A DNA stretch of 64,000 nt from Takakia lepidozioides (Eukaryota; Plantae; Bryophyta), in contig CM060734.1 in assembly GCA_030704615.1 (NCBI GenBank), positions 41,478,001-41,542,000 on the forward strand. The letters are read 5' to 3'. Below, piece after piece: positions 48,061-62,272 of the stretch. The first letter of the stretch is position 1. Every line of letters starts with the position of its first letter. The position numbers and the translations under genes are program-made. The notes beneath the pieces were generated by a model. It did not search any database. It was given only the letters and a program-made list of their open reading frames with translations, and had not been told where the DNA came from.

Positions 48061-51000
48061 TCGGCAGAAACTCCTCTACTTCTGCAAGGAGGATCACTCT
48101 GGACTTAACGGACCAATGACGCGTGTACACAATTGCAAAGATTTACGGTCTTTTAACAGATACATACATGATGAGGGTCTCGAAATTGTGGTGAAAGTTG
48201 ACGGAGAATGATCAAAGTTCTGTATATCTGCGAGGTCTTGTATTAGGACTTCCAAAACTTAGTCGACGGGTTGCCAATATCGTCATCCTCCTTATAATCG
48301 AATTCACACATCCGTTTTTTTAGCAGCTTAGTCCGAAACCCGTCTTCTTCGTCGAAATCAACACATCAAGGGGATCAAATGAAAGTTCGTTAATAATCTC
48401 TTGAGGAGCGACGATAGAACTTATCAAATGAATCTCGTCTTCTGATGGATAAGAAATCAGTTTCAACTACAATGTTTCCATGGATAAGTCATCGAATATT
48501 AACTTTTACTCATTAAACCTTGAGGTTCAGTCTTACTCCCTAGTGAAATAACATGTCATCATAACGATTCACAAGTTACTCTTATAACATATATCTGATA
48601 CGTAAAACACAAACTCTTACAGTATATATCTGATACGTAGAAGCCAAATATACCACACACTTGTTCAATTGTGTCTTAGAATTTTTGCAACATCATTAAG
48701 ACATGTCAATGTAACTCCAAACACAACACAAGAACATGAACATACAAAGTTTTAGAAAAATTCTCTAAAAAACACTACAATCCATAGTGGAGAGAATAGA
48801 GTCCCAGAGCGAAGAGGCAACGATTAGAGAGAAAAAATCAAAGCATCTGAGTGCATTGTTGCAACACAATCCAGTGAAAAAAACCGTCAACCACAAGGAT
48901 TGTATATAAAGCAAAGATGATAGAAAATGAAAAGCAAGAAGAAAGGGAAGACGGGGTCGTTGGAGGAAAAGACGAAGTGCAACCATTAGAAGGAAACCTA
49001 ATCTCCTCTACAATGTAATCTACAATTGATATAATACAACAAGTCCATTCTACGGAGTGCAACACATCGAGTCTACATAGCTAGGCAGTGTGCACTATCA
49101 TAATGCAAAATCATATTCTATTGGAATTAATACAAAGGATGCACATTTCCATTCGAACTCAATCTTATTGCAGTGAAAGCCAACATCTCAAAATCGAAAT
49201 CCATAATTTTGTGTTGTGGAGGAGGATGATCGCCATCTAAGATGTGCCTAAGTTAAGTACAGATGACACACAAGCGAGGGAAAAGAAGGGAATTCGATGA
49301 GGGAGAAAGACTTGCCACATGTGCAAAATTGCGGGTGGAGACCACCGCACATGTTTGGGTAAGTAAGTCGTCTGTCAATGGATGTGACCCTTGGTCAAAC
49401 CCGTTTCTCATATACGAGTCCATACATAGAGATTCTATGCTCTCTCCAAGCTATTCATTCACTTCTCATTCATGTAATTTACGAGTTAGTTGTTCAACCA
49501 CGGTGTTGCATGCCTTTCAACACCATTGGGCCTTGCAGGTGTGTTGAAGGGAAACCAATTTCCATGGATGGATTCAATGCAAAATGTAGGAGGACCTTTC
49601 CAACTTGATTGACCACATTAGGACCATTCAGTCTTCCATACACCACACATCGAATTTTTCCTATATTCTAAAAGGTGGAAAAATGCAAAACAAATGCTGT
49701 TTTGGACTCAGCCCCTAGTACTGCAAACTTATGGTCTACCCATTTGAATGTTTTTCCTACTTTGCAGAAAAAAGAAAAGAACTTGTGAGCACTAACGGTT
49801 CCGTTAATGGGAGCCAACTGTTGAGGCACAGCAAGCTACACAATCCTCAGGGTCAGATTACATGCAAACCATCCTTCAATTTTCGGTACCAAGATGATGG
49901 CTTTCGCATTGTGCCCCTCATGTTTCAAGCACTGCACGTTGTAGCACTGCTTTTCTCTCCTCGAATCTTCCTTGCCTTGTCTACCAGTTGATTGCCAAAA
50001 CCCACCTCATTAACGGCTTCCAAAAGGGCAGGTTTCATTCAACCCCACATCATCCACTTCCAGTTGCTAGTTTGACTTTCTTAGTCTGAAAGGAGAGGCA
50101 GAGGAACGAGGAACTGAAGTTAGAACGGCCAGCGATCGAGAGAAGGAGAGAGAAGAGAAGAAAAAGAAAGAATTTCAAGCACAATGAGCGCTCATAATTG
50201 CTTGGTGGATTTGCTGCAAAATCCTCGCAGGTTCTTGGGTTGGGTTACCCCTGGTCAGTGGTCACCCACACATATGACGTCTTCTTGAGGTAGGTGGGCG
50301 AATACGGAGTACTGGTCTGGTTTGGATTTGAATTCCACACTGTCTGCATCAACTTGTGCAATTCACTGGTGGGTTTTGACGAAAAATTGAGGTTGCACTG
50401 TATTGATGGATCGTAGGTCAAGTGCAAGCCTCTAAAAGATAAACGGGCTCAATAGTGCACCCCCAGACCCCCTGGAATTATTTTCACAGCGAAGTTTTGG
50501 ACATTTTGGTGCAGTAGGAATCTGGGGAGTTGGCCTTGGGGGTTGTGAATGCAGGCCTCCCTCCTTTGAAAAGAGTGTGCTGGTGAGATTACTCGCCATG
50601 ATGTAATGCCTCAGAATTTGTGGTGGGTTTTAAATTCCACTTTTGGGCCTTTCCACAATCAGAAACTTCTTGAATGAAGTGGTTCATGGTAATGAGATTG
50701 CATCCCCTCTCTTGGTCCCCTTTTTGCTACTATCGTTTTCCCAGTTTATGTAAGGTATTTGTAGTTTTTATTGTGGGCGTAAATACATTTACCACAACAG
50801 TTTGCTTCAAAGAACTACAAGGACATTATATCTAAGTTTTTATGAACTTCTGTTAAAAGGCAGAAACATCCGCAGTGAATTTACCCTACATTCGGACTTC
50901 TACTTTCAAAATTGTAACTTCCATGCGTGCGAGGGATGAGATATGAGAGGGATTTACAGCTTGGAAATGGCGGTAGGCTGGGGAGGGAGTTGATTTCTGG

Positions 51001-52570
51001 CAAGTGTAGAATTGTTTCCGCAACCTGTGAACTGAAAGCAATCCTCTCTTACTATCCATAAACTGGCGACAGCTTTAGGAGTGAGCTGAGGGGATTAGGC
51101 GATTTTTTACTTGCAGGTCATCCAGGGTGATCCAACTCGACCCTTTTTTGGGGCTGGGGGTTGGAATAAGGTTGGGACTTGTGACCTTGGGGCCTGAGTT
51201 TTAAGGTGAGGAATTCAGCCACCAGAATTGCCTGGCCCCTCTGGAAGTAGGCATTGAAACCTGCTCAGCTCTTATGGGAGGAATTATCACTAGCAGTTAA
51301 AGATGCACCACAAGCCATAGCAACTATGTCTTAATGTGTGGATGCCTAAAACTTTTTCTTCCAGCGAACAAACTCTTTTATGGCTCAATGATCATTATCC
51401 ATGCATTGTGGAGTAACCTCCACAGTTACATTTGAAAGATAAGTGTTACCTGATTATTCCAGCTATTACTCCTACTTACTCAGCTTGGAGTTCTTTGGTT
51501 TCTGTGGTTAGGCTGTGGTTTGGGCACTTGGCTACATTACCAGTACGAGACTTAGTGTGGGGCCAATGTTGCATAGTCCACCAACCGTTAGCATTAGTAT
51601 CACCTCATAAATTGTGTACCTAAAGATGTCAAAGTCTCTAGAAAAGGCCCCGGTCCAAGTAACTTACTGTTCCTCACCTTCCATTAGGAAGCAGTAGCCT
51701 AACGATCAGGGAGGCATTACAGGATATAGTGGTGTGATGGTGCTTCTGTCTCAAATACTCTGAAATTACCAGCATGGTTGCCACTATTTGTTCCTTGTGA
51801 GAGGCAACCAGTGACACTGACAGGTCAAGAAAGCAAGTCTCACATATTCAAGTGTTTAAATGTGCACATGTCATGTGTCCAGCAGTCCCAGAAACTTTGA
51901 AGTTTCAGTATGGGTTTGTCACTCTGAAGACAAGTTATCTTTCTGCATGTTGAGAAGGGATACTATCAGTTTGATTGTCCATGCAGAGGCACACGCACAT
52001 ACATCCATACACCAGGTCTCCCCCTTTAGAGCCTCAGGAGCTGACCCCAAGTAGCACAGCTGCCATGCTCCAATTTGGTGTATTCTGATGGTCTCCTCAC
52101 GGAGACAGCTTCATCTGGCAACGATTGGATACTGGTGGATGCAGAACGCGAGAGATAGGGTACTGATGGAATTTGCTGACTACATTGTGGCTTCTGCCAA
52201 GTTCCACAGGTAGGTCTTGATCCAACTAGCCGACCTTTGTCACATAGCCACTTTCAATGCTCTTAGAGTCGTGTTCTTTTTCTGTTTTTATAATGTCCAA
52301 CCCAATTTTAAAACGAGGTCTTCTGCGTACATTCTCTTTTGGTTCTACTTTGTCCTTAGGCCTTGGGGGTCGCCTGTGGATGTCGTGAAGTTTCTCTCTC
52401 TCTCTCTCGGGTAATCAACAAAATGAAGTGGTACCTAATACCGAAAGGATGATGTGTGCCAAAGTGATCATTCTGCTTATGGTTTCTCTTCACCCCAGAG
52501 GACTACTGTCTCCTGGGGCAGCGTGGTCTAATCTTGCCTAAGCCTTCCACCAGATGGCTAAAATTGGTGA

Positions 52571-52634
52571 ACCATACACCCATGGGGATTGAACCCTGGC
52601 CATCAAAGTGGCTTTGTAGCCAATCGGGCCATCT
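52571..52634 (-). mobile_element. tRNA-derived SINE head (Pol III A/B boxes)
   Basis: Minus strand TGGCCCGATTGG ... GGTTCAATCCC. No full cloverleaf. Confidence 0.4.
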
Positions 52635-54428
52635 ACTGGATGTTGTGCCATCGCAAGTTTAAGCTCAGTTCAAATGCTGTCAGTTGAAAATCCCATACCA
52701 GGGGTTGGGTCATGTGATCACTACCTCGCATCTGAAAGCAGCTATGAAGAGGAACACTGAATCGTGAGGCACTGTGTTGAATAATAACCTTCATAGTTTT
52801 CTTGCAATGTTCACCTCTTTTCTGCTGGGTTAAGAGATGTTGATTGCCTATCTGTCGCATTCAAGTAATATGATCACCAGAGGAACAATTATTATGATGT
52901 CTGTCCTGCAAGATGTCCCATAATGGTTTAGGATGAAGGCATCTTTCAGGCTGAAGCTAATGAGTGCCACACCAAGTCATGTTTGCCTAGGCATATTGGA
53001 CAGGGTTAACCATATTGGCTGTGCGTAGCTAACGACTGGCCTGTTGTTATGCAGCAGTGTTGGCTGGATTTGCTCCAGAGAAGGTGCTTCCTCTTGGGAG
53101 CTGTGGTAGAGTGACTGTCCTTAAAACTATGTTATTTGGTAGAGAGGTCTTTCCCACGGTTCAGCAGACAACATAAATTTTGATTATGACATCATTTGAA
53201 ATAGTGCTAGGGTGTGAGCACCAGAAGAGACAATTGTGTTTAAGCCCCATGTTTTAAATGCCGTCTCTTTTGGCAGGGGTCAGTAGGTAGACTTTCATGC
53301 AGAGGGACGGTGCCCATAAGAGTGACTTGACATCCTACTGCAGTACTGGGTTTCTTGATAATTCAATTCAATGTTTATTTGGACATTTAGTCATGCCTGA
53401 TAATACACTGATGGCAATGTAAAAATTGGCCGATTGAGGACAACTTGCTCAAGCTAGAAAAAGCCATCTGCTCATGTCTCCCAGTGCGCAGAAGCCCAGT
53501 TGTTAAAATGCTAGTTTGTTTCTTAGCAGTTAGAAGCTCTAAACATTGCTCTGTTTTTCCAGGCTGCTGGCAGCTGTCGAGGGCTGGGATCCCGCGGTGG
53601 TCTCCCACCTGAGTGGATGGCAGTGTGATTCGTTTCTTTGAATCAACCCTTGTTTAATCCATATTCTTAGTTCTAGTTCCATATTCTGCGTGGTTATGCT
53701 TCAAATCTGGTCTGCAGTAAAGGATCAGAAGGGAATGAGTGAACCTGGGTGAGCAGGCAGTGGTGGATGTGGCGTTGATTGCAGTAAGGGGAGGGGAGGG
53801 CCCCACAGGTAGTTACTGTGGATTCAAAAATCGTTGTGGTAGCTGTTGGAAAAAGGACGTGTTGCCACACAGGGCCTATAATCTTTCAACCTTGAAGACC
53901 TGCAAAAACCTGTGATCAAAAGTTGAGGTATACGGACAGACCACCAGAGTTATGGTCAGTACTGTAAATAAGCATAAGGACGTCACTGCGCACTACCTTG
54001 CTCTAGTGTGGGATTGGCAATTGCTGGAGCACAAATCACCATTCAGAGTGAACACAAAACCAGCACGTTGTGTAGAGCTGCTTTGGCAACTAACTACATT
54101 TGATTACGTGCTTGAAGGATTGGAGAGAACTTTTGAAGGGCCACATCTTGGGTGTAAACAAGAAGAGCGGCGGTGCCATGCAGCGGCACCAAAATGGACT
54201 TCGACAATGAGCAACAGCTAGTAATTTGGGCAGAAGACACTCACTACTAGGCCACCACCATTGCAACAGAAGAGTTGAAGAAACGGTCTTCCTGGCATAC
54301 CAAACGTGGCAAATGCAGATGGTCGTGAGTACACGTAGTGTGTCGGCGTCGGGGTGCATATTGCACGTCGACAGTTTATCAAGCCAGAAACGCTGAAAAT
54401 AGAGTGAACATGCAGCTCAGTTGCTTTA

Positions 54429-55845
54429 ATGAGCAGGAAAACTATGAGAGGGGCGTCAGGCCCATCTTGCACCTGCAAGAGGGTGATACTAGTAGTGTGC
54501 GCGATAGCTAATCTGGGTGTATTTCTTTATATGCTGTACACATTGTTACAGCCATCCTCATCTTCCAGTCACTTTGTCGATTATGTGAGGACCTGGCACC
54601 CTGCAGACGGATTTAGTTCTAGGAGCATCTCCAGGATGCCACGGATCGAAGCGGAGGAAGCCGGAAATCTTCTAAGCTCCAAGCCATTTGGTCTGACCCA
54701 ACGATTGAAGCAGATCCGCGACCAGGTAGCTATGGACGGTACTGCCAGCAAGTCGAAGCGCAATGGGCTACAGGTTTGGCTCCGATCATCATCACGTGAT
54801 AAAATCTAAGAGAAACTGGATGAGAACCCAGAAACTGCAGGATTTCGAATTTTTCAGGGCACGGGTGTTATCATATTTTTTATGCATCGAAGCTCCCTAC
54901 AGCCACAGCTGGTATCTGCTTGATGTTAATAAGCACACACATTCTTTCGAAAAAAACCTCTTGCAGGAGGCGATTCCACACATATGTAGAATTTTACAGT
55001 GGACATGTGCGCATCTAGGACCATGTCTGCAGTCGGTCAAGAGTTATTTTTCCTCGACCCTCCTCATTTAGGAATCTCATCAAACCTTCAATGATCCAAT
55101 TTGTGCACAGAGCCCAAAGAGAAAAACTGGAATGCGATTAAACTACCAGGCTGGACCATAGTGGGATTTCAGAAGTCTTAACTCTCCAAGTCATGAATGC
55201 CCAAACACACGAGAATTCCAGTTCTCTGTCTCATCAGTACATTGGATCCACAAGCTGTTGGCTCATCCCTTGATAACCTCAAGTTCCTACGACTGGAGAG
55301 AACGTTGGTGAGACGATTACCTGCTATTACTACCAAGTCGAAAAATGTTTGACCCACCCATTTTTTCCACAACGAAGATGCGTGTCCCTCGCTGAGAAAC
55401 TAGAGCGGGCCGAAGGATCCAAATCATCGGAAAACTGGAACTGCTCAGCTAACGGAAGCTCTCGCTGTGGGGTTGCAGAAGCTGGGGAGGAGTACGGACC
55501 AGGACGACGTTGGATTTGCCTTGCAGGCGGCCATCGACAGAGAGGAGCAAGATGGTAGGCTCGGATTCGAAGGCGATGATGCATTCAGTACTAGATGATG
55601 GATGATACATTGATCATGCCACTGAAGCTCACCCAGAACCGAGCACATATTTTGTTGGCCCCATCACAGAACAACGGCTTCTGATTTCTTACACAGAACC
55701 ATGCTTGGATTCATTGGTAGCTACTAGCGAAGCCAGGCTAGCAACCAGCTCTGTGGGTTCGACCTTTCCCTGCCGAGGAGAAGTGTAACGCTTCTCCGCA
55801 CGCTTATGAGCGTGCAAGCATTATGATTACTGGCTTAAGCAGGCT
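54429..55845 (+). pseudogene. Degenerate copy of a plant type-II membrane protein with a Cys-rich (PAN/Apple-like) C-terminal domain
   Basis: N-terminal CTCKRVILVVCAIANLGVFLYML anchor, AEKLERA, and frameshifted C-terminal motifs (HHRTTASD, CLD, AKPG, CNASPHAYE, YWLKQ) resembling the plant ...WGLTHH.ESAADCC.AC...SP..YEHK.QECWLK family. Confidence 0.5.
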
Positions 55846-58800
55846 TTAACAATCACCTGGTGTCAGTCAAAACTGAGTAGCTCCCCTTCGACAAAGGAAA
55901 GGAAACATTTAACAAAAAGCAAACACTGATGTTTTCGTATGGTAATTGAATGTATCCGTCTTGTCAGTTGCAACTTGCAACGGCCTCATAGTAGTTAGCT
56001 TGATCATCACTTGTCACTGCCTTAATAAACAATGATTATCTATCCCATAAACATCTTCTGCTTGAATTGCATGAATCACGCTACAGACTGCTACAACGTT
56101 ACAACAGGGCCATCATATTGTTTTTGAGGTTTAGATCATCATGATAGAATTCGGTTGAGGAAATTAAGAAAGCGGTCTCTTGTTAGAGTATCCCGTTTGG
56201 ACAGAGAGAAAATTTGGGTGGAAAATTTTGAAGTCTGAAAACTGGACTTTCATCAGCCCAGATGCATGTGTTACAGGAGCCACATGTTAAGTCGTTCATT
56301 CAGATTGGAGGCAGTGCACAAGAATCTAAGGTGCAAGTTTGAGTTACACAAAAGTCCAAAAAGAAGTGATGATGACAGAGATATGAGCGTGACTTTGGCC
56401 AACAGTATGAAACAGATGTACTCGAAATCTGACATATGAACATTGATAAGGATTGTCAGCATCATACAGTACCAAGCCACTGACGCTGACGTTGTGAAAA
56501 GTATGAAACACCTAACAGCAGTCATAATTTGATCGTTTCTCTGCTGGAGTACAGTAGCTCTCATCAGTTGGTTCACCTGCAGCAGTGATTGCAAACCGTC
56601 GTAGGAATTCCTACAATGCTGCCAAAATATGTAATGATGTGCTCTCTTAAAAAGAAGGAGAAAGAGGATTAGCGGTCTTCAGAGGAGGTCAATGGTGGGA
56701 TGTGTTTTTCCCTAAATGTAGAGACACTAAGACTCCACTTGCTCTTGGGTACCCACAAAGAAAGACCGATAGCTAGCCTAGTCAAATTCTTGCACGAAGA
56801 CTTGGGAGGTAGATCTATCTCGAGGTCAGATCGTGACTCCCACCCATGGGCCTTACCTCGATTTGTCTCCTCTGCAACCTTTTGAACCTCAGGAATCTAT
56901 GAGCCTCAAGCTAGGAGTTTTCTCCAACCTATGTACATCACGTAAGAGACCCGATGTTCTCTCTTCAAATGCCACTCTAGTTTCCCTAGTTCTCTTATCG
57001 TTGAGGTCAAATACGTTTAAGCTTGATTTTATAGGTACTACTACGTTTGTAACGAGTAAGATTCATCTTCGTGGAGGAAACACGGTGGGTTTCTGTTGCT
57101 GTTGGTGTGAAGTGTGAATCTGCGTTGTGCAAGGGGTTGTGTCAAGGGGAATACCGGCGGAGATCCGCGGAGCCTCCTGTGTGTGGGGATGTTGGCACAT
57201 CGACCCACCTCCCCCTCGAAGGCTGACATTAAACTAATGTCCGAAATGGAAGGAGATTCGTTGAGATCTTGCCTTTGAAGTTTTTATTTGCCTTACATAA
57301 CTATCTGAGCCCTGATCGTTTCATCGTCTTGGTTCTCAGTTGCTGTTCGAACGCTTCCAATTGTAGAAAGATCACAGAATCACCAATTACTTTCCAGATA
57401 CAGGAAAGAGTGCTGCATGTGATACTGCGTGGGTCGTCTTCAAGGCAATCCCTTTGCAATTATGTGCGGAGTTGAAGGGGAATTGGCCAAAATGTAGACA
57501 CTCATGGCCTGTTGTAGAATGTAGGTTTTGAAGTTTCCAGGAACATTTTCACGAAAATGAGGAGGATTTACTAGTAACTTATTTTTACACGGATGCAGTA
57601 GCCTTGCGGCCATATCTCGGTATGGAATTGCGAACGGCTCGCTGATCAACATTGTCTCAAGTGCGAGAGAGCTTCTGTACTAAAACCAAGGATTCAAAGA
57701 GATTGTCAGTGAGAATGCGTCATTTCCCCCGCTTTTATTGCGTAGATTGTCAGAGGTGGAAGGTGCGGGGCGGAGTGAAGGAAGGCTTGCTGGGGAGAAT
57801 GAGTCAGAGGAGTGCTAGAATAGGTGGTTGTGGTTTGTATGGGGCAGAGAGTGTGGTGAGCGAGCTCTGTTCGTGGGGTCAGCCTGGGTTCTCTAGGATT
57901 CATTTGTATTGCCTTTTAGAAGAGCTTGAAATGTACTGAAAAGAGAACATGCAATGTACATCACAGTGATGGGCCATCCGATACTTGATTACAGGGCTTT
58001 TTCATTTCAGTCATCCCCACACTTGATTACGGGAGCATGTGAATTAGGCTGTCCCAGGAAAAAACGTTCAATGTGCGGTTTGGTTCACGAGTGTTTTCTA
58101 TGAACACGAGCTCCCTCTTGCTCTCCCTCTTTTCTTTCTGTCTAGTCTGATGGCAATGCATGTGGGCAAACATTACTAGATATTTGCAGTAGTATGTTTT
58201 TTGGTCATTCTGCATGATCTTCATCCTAAAAACACAGCCTTGTCTCTCAAGGACACTGAAGCATATTGTGTGGATCATGGGGGTGGGGCTGGGTCCAGCA
58301 ATGATATTGCAAGCTTGGTGGTTACGAGGGCTTATCCTCCCCATTATTTTTCCTTCCTTGCCAACAAGAACACTCACAACCTGGCCCAAGCCTGACACAC
58401 TACAGCAACACCACAGAAGATCGAAGATTGCCACACAACTGTATCACCTTATGATTTGTATTTGTAAAATAAGTGGTCTTGTTCTGCTAGTGTAGCAGCC
58501 ACTGGGGGAGCACATTTAGGAGATGACAGATGTAGAAAAGCCCAGTGTCGTCCGATACTGGAATCAGCCTTTCGACAATGTAGTAAAAAACAGGGTGCGC
58601 CATGCCAGTGCTAGGCACCTTGTCTAGGTGGTGCCTAGAACTGGGCACAGTGTGCGCACATCCAAAGACATCAGTGTGATATTGCCCTGTGGAATTGTAG
58701 GCTGCAGCAGTATCACAAAAAGCATGAGCTACACATACATTCACCAAACAAGTTCATGCCATTTTTCAGTCTGGGTGGAGGTCTCCAAATCCAATCATAA

Positions 58801-59009
58801 TATGTCGCAACAATTTGCCAACACTGAGCTGAAAAATCCATGGACTAGGGACTTTTCTTGCACCTTCACCAAACACTGAGGGCAGCAGTGTGGATCCCTG
58901 TGTTGTTATCCCTGTGTTGGCTAGCCTGAGGTCTATGAGATTGTGGCCAACTCTTCCATAGAAAGCTCGATGGAATCAAGAACCAAAACTTTCCACCCTT
59001 TCCACCTGA

Positions 59010-59330
59010 GAACCAATGTGCTGCCACCTGTTTTGAGCTACTTCAGCAGAAGCAGAAAGACATGGATTCGTTCAGGCGATGAAGGTCTGGGGCCTGGAAA
59101 CCCGTTTGCAATTTTGATTTATTGTCATCCCGGGGCTTGAGAGGAGAGACCTCGACACAATTTGCCCAAGCTTGTGAGGATTGGGGCATTTTCCCAACTG
59201 ACTAAGCAACGGGTTCCTGTTTTTCTGATGGAATGGGTGAGCAAACAAGTGAGAAGTTTCTGGCTTTGCTGAAAGCAGTGTGGTCCAGCAAGCAGAGAAC
59301 CCCTTATGGTGTAGCCATATGCTTCCCTCT
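59010..59330 (+). pseudogene. 2-oxoglutarate/Fe(II) dioxygenase N-terminal (DIOX_N) fragment
   Basis: WIRSGDE..., DL......GETSTQFAQACEDWGIF/QL...VP..L.E. Frameshifted. Confidence 0.55.
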
Positions 59331-61679
59331 GATCACATTGCTCAGACTTCTTCACTCTTCACTTCCACATCACCACTCCAATTCAACTTCAGCTCTAAAA
59401 AGCCTTGTGCTTGATGCCTTTTGGTCTACAGTGTTTTTTTAAAAAATATAAATATTTTTATAACAGTGGAGGATCCGTTGGTGTGGAGATATGCTTGCCA
59501 TCTTTATGACCCAAGTGATTGGCTGCCGTGCTGCATACATATGAATTCACAGATCTCTACTTTATTACTCGCTTGCTCCCAATTAATGATATTATGAATT
59601 GTTTTTTAATTAATTTGTTTATTTTGCTCTACGATATGGAGGGTAGGGGATGACGGTCATTACTGCCTTTCATTTCAGCACTTATTATTTCTTTCACTTG
59701 CGCAGTAAGTACATTCGCTTGGCATTTATTTCCTAACAGGAACCCCAGTAAGTACGAGAATACGGGAAACTACGATGTAACGTTATACGTATGAAGGCAC
59801 GACAGCATCTACTTTGACTAGGCACGACACACGGTTATGCTCGGGCCCACTCCGACACGCACACCTGGAACATCCCCACCGGTCAAACCGCCGGGTATGA
59901 ATTCCGACCCGCGATATTATGAGCCTGCCCGCGCGCGAAGTTAGCGAGATGACTCCCAGTGCCCACCCGGCCCGGCCCGACCCGAACCGACGCTCGCCCG
60001 CGCTGCCGCCATGTCTCGCCGCGCACCCACCCGCGACTTTCCAACCCGCCCACCCGCCGGCTCCGCCTCCCCGCTCGGCCGGCCACGCTGTCCGTTGAAA
60101 GGATCAACTCGCGCCACGTCACCGGCCGCACCCGTCACCTACCTACCATCTTAATACCCGGGCAGCCGGGCAACAAGCAGAACAACACCTCATTTTGTCC
60201 GTACTGAAATTCCACGACGACATAAATCGTGCGAACCATCCCAAATGCGCTAAACACTGCGACTTTAGTCGACTCGTCATCGTACAATTATCCCATATCG
60301 TTTACACGCATGGTTGGTGTTGGAAGGTATAAAGCGGGGCCGGGTAGGCCCGTGCGAACATTGAACGGCGCGTGATTGCCTGCTGCGCTCGGCGATCTGT
60401 GTTCTGCTTTGCTGTGCTGTGCTGCGTGACGTGGCCCCAGCCCGGCTTGCGCACGACGCCCGACTCTGATGACTGTGTCGGCGGCTGCTCCCCTCCATGT
60501 TGCCCCCCCTACCTACCTTGCGCCTCCTCCGCATTCATTTTCTCTCGCCCATCCCTTGTTTTCTCTCTTCATTAGCAACCGCAATCGGGCAACATTTAAT
60601 TAACCCCAATCAACCCTAATCTCTAAACTAAGCGACAGAAAATTTGGAGTTGCTGAGATCCTCGAGTTCGAAATATGTATATTTTAACGCTTGCGGATAC
60701 GGATATTGTGATCAAAAGTTGTTGTACCAACCAAAGAAACAAACAAGCAAACAAACTACTAAAACCGTCGTGTCGTCCCTGCACACTGTGCATGTTCCAA
60801 CCCCCAAAGAATAGTAACAAAATCCTAACTTTGTACCGTTTGGCATCCGGATATTGCAAGACATAATTTGTCCGAATGAAGCCTTCCTATTCTCGACGGG
60901 TCCGGGACCCGCAACGGCTTAACAATAGCCTTGTATCGTTTGCGGGGTCGGAAGGGTGTAAACGTGTAGACGTGTAAACCCGGGTCAGCCGGGGGCCCCC
61001 CCGCCTGCCCTTTGCAACACACAACGGCCGCACAGTGCCGCGCCCGACATAACTCCGGCTGCTCTGTCCGCCAGCCGTCTCCCCCTATTGCCGTGCGTAC
61101 GTGGCCTGCATCATAGCAATATCGCCACATCGGACAGCGGACTGTCGATGAATAGGAATTGAGGTGGATGATAAATGCAGGGTGCGGCTCGGCCCCACTT
61201 ACCCACTGGTAATAAGTGGTAATAAGTGCGCGCGGGCAAAATAAAGCAGGGCAGCTGTTCCGACAATCCTGCAGCCCCCCACAGAATGTTCGCATGTCAC
61301 TTATGCGCGCCATCACCCCCCCTCCTATTTTCACTGCCGGATGGATGAAGCTCCCCATCCAACGCGAATGTGGCTAAACGTGGCTATGGCGATTGACCTG
61401 CGCTAAAAACCTAAAACGACACGCGGCCGCATGTTCGGGCCCGCGACATCGCCCGCTCTCCGTACGTACGTCCCCTTCCCGCCGTCGGCTTCTGTCGCTC
61501 TCAGGCTGCCATATTCCGCCGACCCGAGGCGGGGCCGGGTAGGTATGTAGCTCACCTACCTCCCAAGTTGGAGACGGTACTCGTCGGTATGAACGTCCCT
61601 CGTGCATGCCGGATCTCTCACAGACACACGGGCTGTCAAAATAAACCTACGCAAAGCAGGAAGTTGAGGACATGAAGGC

Positions 61680-61750
61680 ACATGTTGGAGGATTGAACCC
61701 AGGATCGCCCAGGTTATGCAGAGGCAAGGCACAAATGCCCAACCACTGGG
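61680..61750 (-). mobile_element. tRNA-derived SINE-like head
   Basis: Minus strand CAGTGGTTGGGCA ... CCTGGGTTCAATCCTCC (B box). Confidence 0.4.
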
Positions 61751-61985
61751 GAAATTCAATAATGGGAGGTGGAAAGCGGTGCGAGGGGTGCATCCAGGGT
61801 GAGGTTGTCAACCCGGAACATTCCCGGCGTGGAATTCCGACCCGGGATATGAGGCCCGCGCGGTGGCCAAGTACCAAGTCAGAGAGGGGTTGCTTGCAGC
61901 CGGCGCCGTACCCGACGGTTGAACAGGTCAACCGTCAAAGCAGCCTGGGCGATGTGGGGCAGGGGGCGCGGGTCGGGCAAGGCAG

Positions 61986-62272
61986 CAGTGTTTTTCTTTC
62001 TGGCGAAAAATCGCCAAATTTCGACTTGGAAACTACGTCAGCTACTTGTACATAGGAATTATGGGGGGTAAAATCCGACTTTTTCGCCCAAAAGCAGCAG
62101 TGGATAAATTTCAGGGGCCTAATCATGACGACGTGGAGCAGTTAACTCATGACACCTGGAATATAGCCACTTTTCTAACTCTGCCACCTCGATATTCTCG
62201 CCACATGGGCACTGCGTAGAATTCCCAGGTGGCCCCGTCAGCGATTTTGGAAATATGAAAAACAAAACACTG
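61986..62272. mobile_element. hAT-like MITE (~287 bp)
   Basis: Ends CAGTGTTTT / AAAACACTG. AT-richer interior with GGCGAAAAATCGCC inside a GC-rich context. No clean TSD. Confidence 0.5.

Noticed and set aside
49100-49990. Possible MuDR transposase relic (WKLVSLQHTC on the minus strand)
   Set aside because: A single short motif among many stops is insufficient to call.
52571-52634. Functional tRNA genes here and at 61680-61750
   Set aside because: A/B-box-like motifs are present but there is no complete cloverleaf or acceptor stem, so these were treated as SINE-like.
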